Positions 1 through 8,852 of a DNA stretch of 64,000 bases are shown here, one piece after another (positions within the stretch are counted from its first letter, which is position 1; the number at the start of each line of letters is the position of its first letter). A program made the translations under genes and the position numbers. Source of the stretch: an uncultured Actinomycetota bacterium (lineage in GTDB: Bacteria > Actinomycetota > Actinomycetes > Actinomycetales > Microbacteriaceae); the NCBI GenBank assembly GCA_963781135.1, contig CAWADY010000013.1, forward strand, positions 75 through 64,074, read 5' to 3'. A model generated the notes under the pieces. It was not told the DNA's origin, made no database searches, and saw only the letters and a program-made list of their open reading frames with translations.

Positions 1-3000
1 ATCCCCCGCACGATCAGCGCCGGTGCGTCGCGCACGACCCGGCGGTACTTGTTCCACACCCCGACCGAGCAGATCACGTTGACCAGTCCGTGCTCGTCTT
101 CGAGGTTGATGAACGTGATTCCGGATGCCGTCGCCGGCCGTTGCCGGTGCGTCACGAGCCCCGCGACCTCGACGCGGCGGTCGGACTCGTGCTCGCGCAG
201 CTCGTTCGAGGTGAGCACACCCCGCGCATCCAGCCCGGCCCGATAGTGGAGCATCGGGTGGTCGTCGGTGGAGATGCCGGTCGCCCACAGGTCGCTCGCG
301 AGCTTCTCGTAGCTCGTCGGGTCGCTGAACAGCGGCGGCTGCACGAACGCGAGCGAATCGGGCAGGAACTCGATGCGGTCCTGCGCGGCCGACCCGGCGA
401 GCCAGATCGCCTCGCGGCGGGTGACGCCGAGGCACTCGAACGCCCCCGCGGTCGCGAGCGCCTCGAGGTGCGCCTGGGTGACCCCGGCGCGGCGCACCAG
501 ATCGCGCAGGTCGCGGTAGTCGCCTGCCCGCTCGCGCTCGGCGACGATGCGGTCGGCGACGGTGGATCCGATGCCCTTGACCGCGGCGAGCCCCAGCCGC
601 ACCGCGAACCGCCCGTCGCGGCGGTGGGCCGCGGACTCGTCGGGTTCGGCGCGGTCGAAGATGCCGACCGGGGGCTGCTTGCGGTGGGTGCAGGAGTCCA
701 TGCCCGGTCGCGGCACTCCATCCCGCTCGCCGACCGGCTCGAGCACCGCCTCCGACCCCGAGCGCATCAGGTCGGGGCGCAGCACCTCGACCCCGTGCCG
801 GCGGGCATCGCCGGTGAGGGTCGCGGGCGAGTAGAAGCCCATCGGCTGCGCGCGCAGCAGCCCCGCGAGGAAGGCGGCGGGGTAGTGCAGCTTGATCCAC
901 GAGCTCGCATAGACGAGCAGCCCGAACGACAGCGAGTGCGACTCGGCGAAGCCGAAGTTCGCGAACGCCTGGATCCGCGCGTAGATGTCATCGGCCGCCT
1001 CGCCCACCAGCCCGTTCGTGGCCATGCCGGCATAGAGCTTCTCGCGCAGCGACTCGATGCGCTCCACCCCGCGCTTGGACCCCATCGCGCGGCGCAGCAG
1101 GTCGGCATCCTCCCCCGTGCACTCCCCCACGGCCATCGCCATCTGCATGAGCTGCTCTTGGAACACCGGAATGCCGAGCGTGCGCTCGAGCACGGGCTCG
1201 AGCTTGGGGTGCGGGTAGGTGATCTCCTCGTAGCCGAGCTTGCGCCGCACGAACGGATGCACCGCGCCGCCCTGGATCGGGCCGGGGCGGATCAGGGCGA
1301 TCTCGATCACGAGGTCGTAGAACTGCCGGGGCTGCAGCCGGGGCAGCAGACCCATCTGCGCGCGCGATTCGACCTGGAACACGCCGATCGAATCCGCCCG
1401 GCAGAGCATGTCGTAGACGGCCTTCTCCTCCTTGGGGATCGTCGCGAGCTCCCACTCCTCCCCCGTCGCCGCGCGGATCATGTCGAAGCAGTACTGCAGC
1501 GCCGCCAGCATCCCGAGGCCGAGCAGGTCGAACTTCACCAGCCCCATCCAGGCGGCGTCGTCTTTGTCCCACTGGATCACCGTGCGGTTCTCCATGCGCG
1601 CGTGCTCGATCGGCACGACCTCGCCGACGGGCCGGTCGGTGAGCACCATGCCGCCGGAGTGGATGCCGAGGTGCCGGGGCGCCTTCAGCAGCTCGGACGC
1701 GTACTCGATCACCTGGTCGGGGATGTCGTGCTCGGGTCCGGTCGAGAGGGTCGCGCCCCACTGCTCGACCTGCTTCGACCAGGCATCCTGCTGGCCCGGC
1801 GAGTGCCCGAGCGCCTTCGCCATGTCGCGCACGGCGTTCTTCGGCCGGTACTGGATCACGTTCGCGACCTGCGCCGCCCGCTCGCGCCCGTACTGCCCGT
1901 AGACCCACTGGATGATCTCTTCGCGCCGGTCGGAGTCGAAGTCCACGTCGATGTCGGGCTCCTCGTCGCGCAGTGAGGAGAGAAACCGCTCGAACGGCAG
2001 CTTGTAGGCGATCGAGTCGACCGCGGTGATGTCGAGCAGGAAGCAGATGGCACTGTTGGCCGCCGACCCGCGACCCTGGCACAGGATGCCGCGCCTCCGC
2101 GCCTCCTGCACGATCCCGTGCACGATCAGGAAGTACCCCGGAAAGTCCTTGAGCTCGATGACTCCGAGCTCCTTCTCGATGCGCGCCCTGTCTTCGTCGG
2201 TCGCATCGGGATACTTGCGCGGCACCGCCTCCCACACCAGGTGCCGCAGCCACGACATCGGCGTGTGCCCCTCGGGCACCTTCTGCTTCGGCAGCGCGGG
2301 CTTGGCGCGCCGCAGCGGGAAGGCGATCTCGTCGGCCAGGGTCACCGTGCGCGCGACCGCACCGGGGTAGCGCGCGAAGCGCTCCTGCATCTCGGCTCCC
2401 GAGCGCAGGTGCGCACCGGCGTGCGCGGGCAGCCATCCGTCGAGCTCATCGAGCCCACGGTTGGCCCGCACGGCGGCGACCGCCGCGGCGAGCTGCTCGC
2501 GCTGCGGCACGGCGTAGTGCACGTTGTTGCTCGCGAGCACCGGCAGCCCGCGCTCGGCGGCGAGCGCGGCGAGCAGGTCGTTCTCGCGCGTGTCGAGCGG
2601 GCTGCCGTGGTCGATCAGCTCGACGTGCACGGCATCCCTTCCGAACAGCGCCACGAGGCGATCGAGAGCGGATGCCGCCGCCTCGGCCCCGCCGTCGGCG
2701 AGCGCACGCCGCACGGCGCCCTTGCGGCAGCCGGTCAGGATCGCCCAGTGACCTTCGGCCTGCGCGGAGAGCTCGTCGAGGTCGTAGACCGGGCGACCCT
2801 TCTCGGCACCCTGCAGCTGCGCGTGCGTGATCGCGGCGGCCAGCCGGTGGTAGCCCTCTTCGCCGCGCGCGAGCACGAGCAGGTGCGCGCCGGCCGGATC
2901 GGGCTCGCCCTTCTGCGGCTTGGGCAGCTCGAGCGAGAGCTCGGCGCCGAACACCGTCTTGACCTGCAGGGTCTCGGCCGCCTCGGCGAAGCGCACGATG

Positions 3001-3305
3001 CCGTAGAACCCGTCGTGGTCGGTGATCGCGAGGGCGTGCAGGCCCAGCCGCTCGGCCTCTTCGGCGAGCTCTTCGGGCGAGGAGGCGCCGTCGAGGAACG
3101 AGTAGGTCGAGTGGGCGTGCAGCTCGGCATACGGAACAGGGTCGTCGGGCCGGGTGATCGCCTGCGACACGTACGGCCCGCGCTTGCGCGACCAGGCCGG
3201 GCTGTCGCCGCCGTCGGCGTTCGCGGGAACATGACCGGGGCGCCGCTTGTCGCTGAGCAGCCGCTCCATCTCCGACCACGGGACGGACGGGTTGTGGAAG
3301 CCCAT
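1..3305 (-). CDS. dnaE2: Error-prone DNA polymerase III alpha subunit DnaE2 (3' end runs off the window)
   Basis: Manual translation from ATG 3305: MGFHNPSVPWSEMER..., PHP motifs YAELHAHSTYSFLDG and AITDHDG; frame still open at position 1 (FINLEDEHGLVNVICS, OB-fold). Absent from the ORF track because no stop lies in the window. Confidence 0.95.
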   Translation of the reverse strand, partial: MGFHNPSVPWSEMERLLSDKRRPGHVPANADGGDSPAWSRKRGPYVSQAITRPDDPVPYAELHAHSTYSFLDGASSPEELAEEAERLGLHALAITDHDGFYGIVRFAEAAETLQVKTVFGAELSLELPKPQKGEPDPAGAHLLVLARGEEGYHRLAAAITHAQLQGAEKGRPVYDLDELSAQAEGHWAILTGCRKGAVRRALADGGAEAAASALDRLVALFGRDAVHVELIDHGSPLDTRENDLLAALAAERGLPVLASNNVHYAVPQREQLAAAVAAVRANRGLDELDGWLPAHAGAHLRSGAEMQERFARYPGAVARTVTLADEIAFPLRRAKPALPKQKVPEGHTPMSWLRHLVWEAVPRKYPDATDEDRARIEKELGVIELKDFPGYFLIVHGIVQEARRRGILCQGRGSAANSAICFLLDITAVDSIAYKLPFERFLSSLRDEEPDIDVDFDSDRREEIIQWVYGQYGRERAAQVANVIQYRPKNAVRDMAKALGHSPGQQDAWSKQVEQWGATLSTGPEHDIPDQVIEYASELLKAPRHLGIHSGGMVLTDRPVGEVVPIEHARMENRTVIQWDKDDAAWMGLVKFDLLGLGMLAALQYCFDMIRAATGEEWELATIPKEEKAVYDMLCRADSIGVFQVESRAQMGLLPRLQPRQFYDLVIEIALIRPGPIQGGAVHPFVRRKLGYEEITYPHPKLEPVLERTLGIPVFQEQLMQMAMAVGECTGEDADLLRRAMGSKRGVERIESLREKLYAGMATNGLVGEAADDIYARIQAFANFGFAESHSLSFGLLVYASSWIKLHYPAAFLAGLLRAQPMGFYSPATLTGDARRHGVEVLRPDLMRSGSEAVLEPVGERDGVPRPGMDSCTHRKQPPVGIFDRAEPDESAAHRRDGRFAVRLGLAAVKGIGSTVADRIVAERERAGDYRDLRDLVRRAGVTQAHLEALATAGAFECLGVTRREAIWLAGSAAQDRIEFLPDSLAFVQPPLFSDPTSYEKLASDLWATGISTDDHPMLHYRAGLDARGVLTSNELREHESDRRVEVAGLVTHRQRPATASGITFINLEDEHGLVNVICSVGVWNKYRRVVRDAPALIVRG

Positions 3306-3383
3306 CAGCGGGCCGATCCATCGGTTGCCGAGACGGGTCGGGTCTCGATACGCGCTGGCGCGCTACTCGACCACCGGGGAAGC

Positions 3384-4940
3384 TCAGTCATAGCGGGCCT
3401 CCGCGGTCCAGCCGTCGTCTTCGCAGACCAGCAGCCACGCGGTCTGATCGGCGTCGACCACCTGAAACCGGTGCGCGTGACGGGAGCGTGCGGCATCCCA
3501 CCCCCGCTCGATCACCGGCCACGGACCCGCCCACGCCTCGATCCCCCGCCGTCGTCCGCTCTCGGTGAGCACCGCGGGCGTCTCGGTCACCCGTCCGCGG
3601 TCATCGACGCCCACCGCGGCTCCCGTGTCGGCGGTCACCTGCACCGGCACCGGATCGGCGAAGACCGTGCCCGGCAGCGGATCGGGCATGCTTCCCGGCC
3701 ACGGCCGCGCGCGCTCTTTCGCGAGCACCGCCCGGTCACCCCACGGCACGAGCACCTGCCGTTCGGCCAGCCAGCGCCCGCCGCCGATCGCCGGAGTCAC
3801 CACGCCCCGATGACCGAGCATCGCCTGCACGCGCGAGAGCGCATGGTGCACGCGTTCGTCGGTGCCCGCGCCGAAGATCGCCGGAGCGTGGTGGCGCGCC
3901 GCATCGACCGCCGCCGGTTCGATCCGCACTTTGGCGACACCGCTGGCCAGCCCCTCGGCATCCTCCCCCAACTGCCAGCGCACGCGATCGACGACGGATG
4001 CCGCATCGAACGACCCGGGATGCAGCCACACCCGCTCGCTGCGCTCACCCCGGTCTCCGGTCAGCTGCACCCGCAGCTCGGTGCAGACCAGATCGAGGGC
4101 GCCGAGCCCGGCGATGAACGCGTCGGCCGCCATCCGCATGCCGAACGCCACCTGGTCGGCGATCTCGAGCGGCGGCTCGAACCCGACCTCGCGGTGCAGT
4201 TCGGGCGGCGGCACGCGGGGCTCGACGGCGCGCGAATCGCGACCCGCCGAGAGCGCGTGCAGACGGATGCCGCGCTCTCCGAACCGCTCGCGCACGCGGT
4301 CTGCCTCCATCGCCGCGAACTGCCCGAGGGTCTGCACGCCGAGCCGCGCGAGGAGTCCGGCGAGCTCGGCGTCTTCGAGCGAGGCGATGGGCAGCGGCGC
4401 GAGAAAGCCGGCGGCACCACCGTTCGGCACGAGGAACACGGGTTCGGCCGCGGTCGCCCCGATGCGCGCCGCCTGCTCGGCGGTGAACGGACCGTCGGCG
4501 ATGCCCGCCCGCACGCCCTCGAGACCGAGTTCGCGCAGCGCGCCGAGCAGCACGTGCGCCGCCTCGGCCTCGCCCCCGTAGTACCGCGCGGGGCCGCGGG
4601 CGCGCAGGGCGCAGAGCCCGGGTCGCACGATCTGCACCCCGGGCGCGCGATCTTCGATGCCGGCGACGATCGGCGCGAAGACGCGGTGATCGCGCACCGG
4701 GTCGGCCGCGATCACGATCAGGCTCGGGCACCGGGCCTGCGCGTCACGGCGGCGCTGCCCGCGCCGCACGCCCTCGGCCCGGGCCGCCGCGGAGCAGGCG
4801 ACGACGGCGTTCGCGGCCATCACCGCGATCGGCAGCGACGCGTCCAGCGGCACGCTGCGGGAGGCATCGCGGGTCAGCGCCGTGACCGGCCAGTCCGGAA
4901 ACCACAGCACGAGGCTGCGTACCGGAGCATCCGCGCGCAT
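3384..4940 (-). CDS. imuB: ImuB-like Y-family DNA polymerase homolog
   Basis: 518 aa, SLVLWFPDWP start and GPWPVIERGWD / WLLVCEDDGWTAEARYD end; lies between an imuA-like gene and dnaE2. Confidence 0.9.
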   Translation of the reverse strand: MRADAPVRSLVLWFPDWPVTALTRDASRSVPLDASLPIAVMAANAVVACSAAARAEGVRRGQRRRDAQARCPSLIVIAADPVRDHRVFAPIVAGIEDRAPGVQIVRPGLCALRARGPARYYGGEAEAAHVLLGALRELGLEGVRAGIADGPFTAEQAARIGATAAEPVFLVPNGGAAGFLAPLPIASLEDAELAGLLARLGVQTLGQFAAMEADRVRERFGERGIRLHALSAGRDSRAVEPRVPPPELHREVGFEPPLEIADQVAFGMRMAADAFIAGLGALDLVCTELRVQLTGDRGERSERVWLHPGSFDAASVVDRVRWQLGEDAEGLASGVAKVRIEPAAVDAARHHAPAIFGAGTDERVHHALSRVQAMLGHRGVVTPAIGGGRWLAERQVLVPWGDRAVLAKERARPWPGSMPDPLPGTVFADPVPVQVTADTGAAVGVDDRGRVTETPAVLTESGRRRGIEAWAGPWPVIERGWDAARSRHAHRFQVVDADQTAWLLVCEDDGWTAEARYD

Positions 4941-4941
4941 G

Positions 4942-5662
4942 TCAGCCCACCGCCTCGAGCGGCACGTAGGGGGCGACAGCCGGGGAATGCGTCGGCACCA
5001 GAGCGCCGTCTTCGGCGGGAAGCAGCACGCGCCCGCGGCGCGGCACGGGCGTGCGGCGGCTGGTCACGGTCACGGTGAGCTCGCGCGCGGAGAGATAGCC
5101 GTGGCCGCGCCCCAGCCCCGACCAGTCGGGGTCGGCCACGTCGATGATCGCCTCGGCCTGCGCCCACGGCCCCTGCACGAGCAGCACCGCACCCCGGTCG
5201 CGCAGGCGAGCCGCAAGGCGCGAGACATCGCCGTCGGTCGCTCGCCCGCCCGGACGCACGGCGACCACCGGAAGCACCTCGGCGATGGTCGCCGTCACCG
5301 CCAGCCAGCGGGAACCGGGGTCGGGGATCAGCACGAGCCGCGACAGATCCACCCCCAGCCCCTCGGCCGCTTCGGCGCCGAACTGCGGCATGCCCACCAC
5401 ACCGCACCACGATCCGGCCTGCGACGGTGCGGCCAGCAGCGCGGACAAGCAGCGATGCCGACGAGGCGATCGAGTACGCCGAGCCGGCGCGAAGGCCGCC
5501 CCCCGGCAGCAGTGCGGCGAGGGCGGGAAGCGCCGGCAGCACGGGGGCGTCGAGGCGCCGGCCCTGCATGCGGTCGACCTGGGCGCGCAGGCGGTGCACA
5601 TCACCCGATGCCGGGGAAGTACCGGGATGCACCTCGGTCTGCACAGCTGCCCTCACTCCCAC
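4942..5662 (-). CDS. imuA: ImuA/RecA-like mutagenesis accessory protein, one apparent frameshift near 5447
   Basis: N-part (LLPGGGLRAGSAYS, ORF 4874..5662) joins C-part (SWCGVVGMPQFG...GLGRGHGYL, ORF 4942..5604) if one extra A at 5447-5448 is removed. Start codon uncertain. Confidence 0.8.
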
Positions 5663-5665
5663 AGG

Positions 5666-5683
5666 CTAGAACAGATGTTCTAG
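5666..5683. promoter_or_regulatory. LexA (SOS) box
   Basis: Perfect palindrome CTAGAAC-AGAT-GTTCTAG; fits the Gram-positive/actinobacterial GAAC-N4-GTTC consensus; immediately upstream of imuA. Confidence 0.85.
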
Positions 5684-5746
5684 TGGGTCAACGCCATGAG
5701 GAACGCTATCGCCGCCTTCCGACATCGCAGAGGGCGAATCCGTGCA

Positions 5747-6319
5747 TTATGTTCGATTCTCACCGATCAGCTCGGCGGTGGTCGCGATCTGCGCGAACCC
5801 GCCCGCCTGCAGGTCGAGAGCCGTCGTCGCCATGAGCTCCGACGCCGTGCGGGTCACGATACCCAGACCCGCGACATCCGCCGTCAGATCGAACGTGCGC
5901 GTCGCATCGAGCGCCACCGTGACGTCGTATCCGAGGTTGCCCGCCATGCGCGCGGTGGTCTCGACGCACATGTTGGTCTGGATGCCGCAGATCACGAGCT
6001 CGCGGATGTTCTGCGCGCCGAGCCACGCCTGCAGATCGGGGTCGCCGTAGAAGGCGGAGTTGACGTTCTTGGTCACGAACAGCGCCGGACTCGCTGCGGC
6101 GACGGCATCCACCAGCTCGTTGCCCGCGTTGTCGGGATGCAGCGGCGAATGCGGCGACGTCGAGTCGTGGCGCACCACGACGATCGGCTCGTCAGCGGCC
6201 GCCCAGGCGTCGATCAGCGCCGCGACGTTGCGCTCGCAGTCGGGGTTGGTCGTGGCGCCCCAGAAGTCCAGGTCGTCGAAGGCGCGCTGCATGTCGATCA
6301 CGATGAGAGCTCGGGTCAT
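5747..6319 (-). CDS. Cysteine hydrolase / isochorismatase family protein
   Basis: ALIVIDMQ, FVTKNVNSAF and GIQTNMCVETTAR motifs (Asp-Lys-Cys triad). Confidence 0.92.
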   Translation of the reverse strand: MTRALIVIDMQRAFDDLDFWGATTNPDCERNVAALIDAWAAADEPIVVVRHDSTSPHSPLHPDNAGNELVDAVAAASPALFVTKNVNSAFYGDPDLQAWLGAQNIRELVICGIQTNMCVETTARMAGNLGYDVTVALDATRTFDLTADVAGLGIVTRTASELMATTALDLQAGGFAQIATTAELIGENRT

Positions 6320-6368
6320 GAGCCCATCCCATCACGCGCGCAGCGCCCCTGTCGTGGCGGCACCGGCT

Positions 6369-6426
6369 GATTCTGAGGGGATCGCGGATGCTGAGGCCCT
6401 CGGCATCCGGAATCGTCCTCAGAATC
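6369..6426. repeat. Long imperfect intergenic inverted repeat (REP-like or terminator)
   Basis: GATTCTGAGG...CCTCAGAATC outer arms and CGGATGCTGAG / CTCGGCATCCG inner arms. Confidence 0.6.
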
Positions 6427-6445
6427 GCGGATCTCCTCAGCAACG

Positions 6446-7375
6446 TCAGCGTCGCGGGCCGGCCAGGGCGAACTGCCCTGTGATCGGCTGCGACACCCGA
6501 GTCGGCTGCAGCCGCTTGCGCAGCGGCGGCAGCGACCCGAGCGCGACACCGCCGAGCACGAGGGCGAGCCCGACGCCCTGCGCCAGACCGAACGCTTCGC
6601 CGGCCAGGGCGACACCGAGCACGACTCCGGCGACCGGGTTGAGCAGCCCCACGACGCCGACCACGCCCGCGGGCAGACGTCGCAGACCTGTGAACCAGGC
6701 GACGTAGGCGATCGCGGTGGCGACGACCGAGAGGTAGACGAAGCCCAGCGCGGAGACGGGCGTGAGCGCGGGCGGTGCGCCCTCGACGAAGATCGCGACG
6801 GGGATCAGCAGCACCGAGCCGCCGAGCAGCTGCCACGACGACATCGTGACCGCCGGGATGTCGGAACCCCATCGCGAGGTGAGGATGTAGCCGAACGACG
6901 AGGCGACCATGGCCCCGAGGGCCACCGCGACGCCCCACAGGTCGACCGGCCCGCCGCCGAGACCGAGCATGACCGCGACACCCGCCAGGCCGACGAGCGC
7001 TCCCACCACGGCGACCAGCCGCGGCTTCTGGCGCAGCATCCCCCATGCGAAGAGCATCATCACCAGAGCCGAGGTCGACATCAGCGTCGCCGCAAGGCTC
7101 GACGGCAGCCGCTGGCCGGCGATGTAGATGAGCACGAAGAACCCGCCGACGTTGAGCGCCCCCAGCAGGAGCGAGCGCCACCACCACGAGCCGGTCGGCA
7201 GACGGCGCGAGATCGCGAGCAGGATCAGCCCCGCCGGCAGCGCCCGCAGCAGCCCGCCCCACAGCGGCGCGTCGGCCGGCAGCAGCTGGCGCGTGACCAC
7301 GTAGCTGCTCCCCCACGCGATCGGGGCGATCGCGGTGATGAGGATCCACCAGAGTCGACGCGACTTATCTTCCAT
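6446..7375 (-). CDS. pecM: EamA/DMT family transporter, PecM-like
   Basis: About 10 hydrophobic segments, IAPIAWGSSYVV and LRALPAGLILL; divergent from a PecS-like MarR. Start ATG 7375 chosen because TAAAGT lies 7 nt upstream. Confidence 0.8.
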   Translation of the reverse strand: MEDKSRRLWWILITAIAPIAWGSSYVVTRQLLPADAPLWGGLLRALPAGLILLAISRRLPTGSWWWRSLLLGALNVGGFFVLIYIAGQRLPSSLAATLMSTSALVMMLFAWGMLRQKPRLVAVVGALVGLAGVAVMLGLGGGPVDLWGVAVALGAMVASSFGYILTSRWGSDIPAVTMSSWQLLGGSVLLIPVAIFVEGAPPALTPVSALGFVYLSVVATAIAYVAWFTGLRRLPAGVVGVVGLLNPVAGVVLGVALAGEAFGLAQGVGLALVLGGVALGSLPPLRKRLQPTRVSQPITGQFALAGPRR

Positions 7376-7405
7376 GGAAGACACTTTATCTTACCGGCAA
7401 GATAA
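7365..7405. promoter_or_regulatory. Two tandem MarR/PecS-type operator palindromes
   Basis: TTATCTT-CCATGG-AAGACAC (7365-7384) and perfect TTATCTT-ACCGGC-AAGATAA (7386-7405) overlapping both divergent promoters. Confidence 0.75.
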
Positions 7406-7414
7406 TATCGAGTC

Positions 7415-7915
7415 ATGGATGCCTCCCCCGACCGCGTTGCGCGGATCCAGGCCGAGTGGCGACGCGAGCGTCCGGAGCTGGACCCGTCGCCGCAGGGAGT
7501 GATCGGCCGACTGCACCGCGTGGCCGCGCTGCTGACCGAGGAACTGGTCGCGGTGTACGGCCGCTACGGCCTGAACGAGGGCGACTTCGACGTGCTCGCG
7601 GCCCTCCGCCGCTCGGGTGCGCCCTATGCGCGCGCCGCCGGCGACCTCGCCGACCACACCATGATCACGACCGGCGGGCTGACCAAGCGGGTGGACCGGC
7701 TCGTCGCGAAGGGTCTGGTCGAGCGCCGCCCGAGCTCAGCCGACGCACGCCAGCGCATCATCGCGCTGACACCGGCCGGCCTCGAGTTGATCGATGCCGC
7801 GTACACCGCGCACATCGAGAACGAGCACCGCCTGATCGCCGAGATCGGCCGCGCCGACGCCGCACGGCTCGAACTGCTGCTCGAGCGGTGGCTGCGCGTG
7901 CTGGGCGACGAGTGA
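7415..7915 (+). CDS. pecS: MarR family regulator, PecS/UrtR-like
   Basis: N-terminal AEW, GDFDVLAALRR and TGGLTKRVDRL winged helix; divergent from the EamA gene. Confidence 0.75.
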   Translation: MDASPDRVARIQAEWRRERPELDPSPQGVIGRLHRVAALLTEELVAVYGRYGLNEGDFDVLAALRRSGAPYARAAGDLADHTMITTGGLTKRVDRLVAKGLVERRPSSADARQRIIALTPAGLELIDAAYTAHIENEHRLIAEIGRADAARLELLLERWLRVLGDE

Positions 7916-7936
7916 GGCGCTGCCGCGCGACGCACT

Positions 7937-8001
7937 GAGACAGGGGAAATCGGCCGAGACAGGGGGCAGGACCTCCCGCCTCGACGAGACGCCCTGCGTC
8001 G
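7937..8001. repeat. Degenerate REP-like element between convergent genes
   Basis: GAGACAGGGG twice (7937, 7956) followed by degenerate complements CCCGCCTCG and CCCTGCGTCG. Confidence 0.45.
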
Positions 8002-8011
8002 ACGCGGCGGC

Positions 8012-8509
8012 CTACGCCGCGAGGGCCAGGTAGGGCTCCCAGCACGGGTCTGTGCGGTCGGTGCCCCGCACCGTCCATTGCACGCCCCGGGGCGGCCGCG
8101 GAATCATCCGAAGCTCCCACGACATCTCCTGCGGCGTGCGATCGCCCTTCACGTTGTTGCAGCGCAGGCAGCAGGCGACGAGGTTCTCCCACGAGTCCGC
8201 ACCACCGCGCGAGCGCGGCAGGATGTGGTCGATCGTCGAGGCCGCCTTGCCGCAGTATCCGCAACGGTGGGCATCCCGCCGCAGCACCCCGCGTCGGGTC
8301 ACCGGAATGTGCCGGCCTCCCGGAACGCGCACGTACCGTGTCAGCAGAATGACCGCGGGGCGGTCGTACGACCCCCGCGCCGCCCAGACAGGTTCGCCGT
8401 CGACGTGTTCCACCACGACGGCCTTCTCGTTCATCACGAGCACGATGGCCCGCTTGAACGACACGACGGCGAGCGGCTCATAGCCCGCGTTGAGCACCAG
8501 AGTGCGCAT
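8012..8509 (-). CDS. HNH endonuclease (McrA-like, Zn-binding)
   Basis: TLVLNAGYEPL, RRDAHRCGYCG, TIDHILPRSRGG and WENLVACCLRCNNVKG motifs. Confidence 0.93.
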   Translation of the reverse strand: MRTLVLNAGYEPLAVVSFKRAIVLVMNEKAVVVEHVDGEPVWAARGSYDRPAVILLTRYVRVPGGRHIPVTRRGVLRRDAHRCGYCGKAASTIDHILPRSRGGADSWENLVACCLRCNNVKGDRTPQEMSWELRMIPRPPRGVQWTVRGTDRTDPCWEPYLALAA

Positions 8510-8583
8510 TCCTCATCCTCTCGAACGGCCGGGACGGCTTCCCGGTGATTCGACTACGACGATTCGAGGCGCGCAGGGGCATG

Positions 8584-8612
8584 AAAAAAGGCGCTGTCTA
8601 CAGACAGCGCCT
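8584..8612 (-). terminator. Intrinsic terminator upstream of the HNH gene
   Basis: Minus strand AGGCGCTGTC-TGTA-GACAGCGCCT followed by a T run. Confidence 0.85.
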
Positions 8613-8708
8613 CGGCGCCACGGCAATGCCGCGGCTGTCGTTCGTGCAATGCCGAAGGACGTGGCGTCCAAGCGCATCCATGGTTCGGATGCGTGGTGTG
8701 CGGTCCAT
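8598..8708 (-). CDS. Putative 36-aa leader peptide (uORF)
   Basis: RBS GGAGG 7 nt before ATG; MDRTPRIRTMDALGRHVLRHCTNDSRGIAVAPRRCL; the stop TAG spans the terminator loop and the first base of its 3' arm; -10 TAGCCT at 8743-8748. Confidence 0.5.
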   Translation of the reverse strand: MDRTPRIRTMDALGRHVLRHCTNDSRGIAVAPRRCL

Positions 8709-8802
8709 CGGCTTCCCTCCGCTACTTTCAGCGTCGGGATTCAGGCTAACGCACGCGCGGACGAGCAGGGTCGCAGAGGAGGGTGAACGGCACGTGGCGT
8801 GT

Positions 8803-8834
8803 CGAAGGACGGATGCCGCAGCATCCGTCCTTCG
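8803..8834. terminator. Hairpin terminator after the M23 gene
   Basis: Perfect 14-bp stem CGAAGGACGGATGC-CGCA-GCATCCGTCCTTCG. Confidence 0.7.
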
Positions 8835-8852
8835 GAGGTGATGAGGTCAGAC

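Noticed and set aside
90-5078. Long + strand ORFs (628 aa, 986 aa) and many similar antisense ORFs across the window
   Set aside because: They are shadows of real genes on the opposite strand; long stop-free frames are expected at about 70% GC and they carry no recognisable motifs.
5745-5760. Second LexA box (TCGAAC half-site)
   Set aside because: The other half does not match and it coincides with the isochorismatase stop codon.
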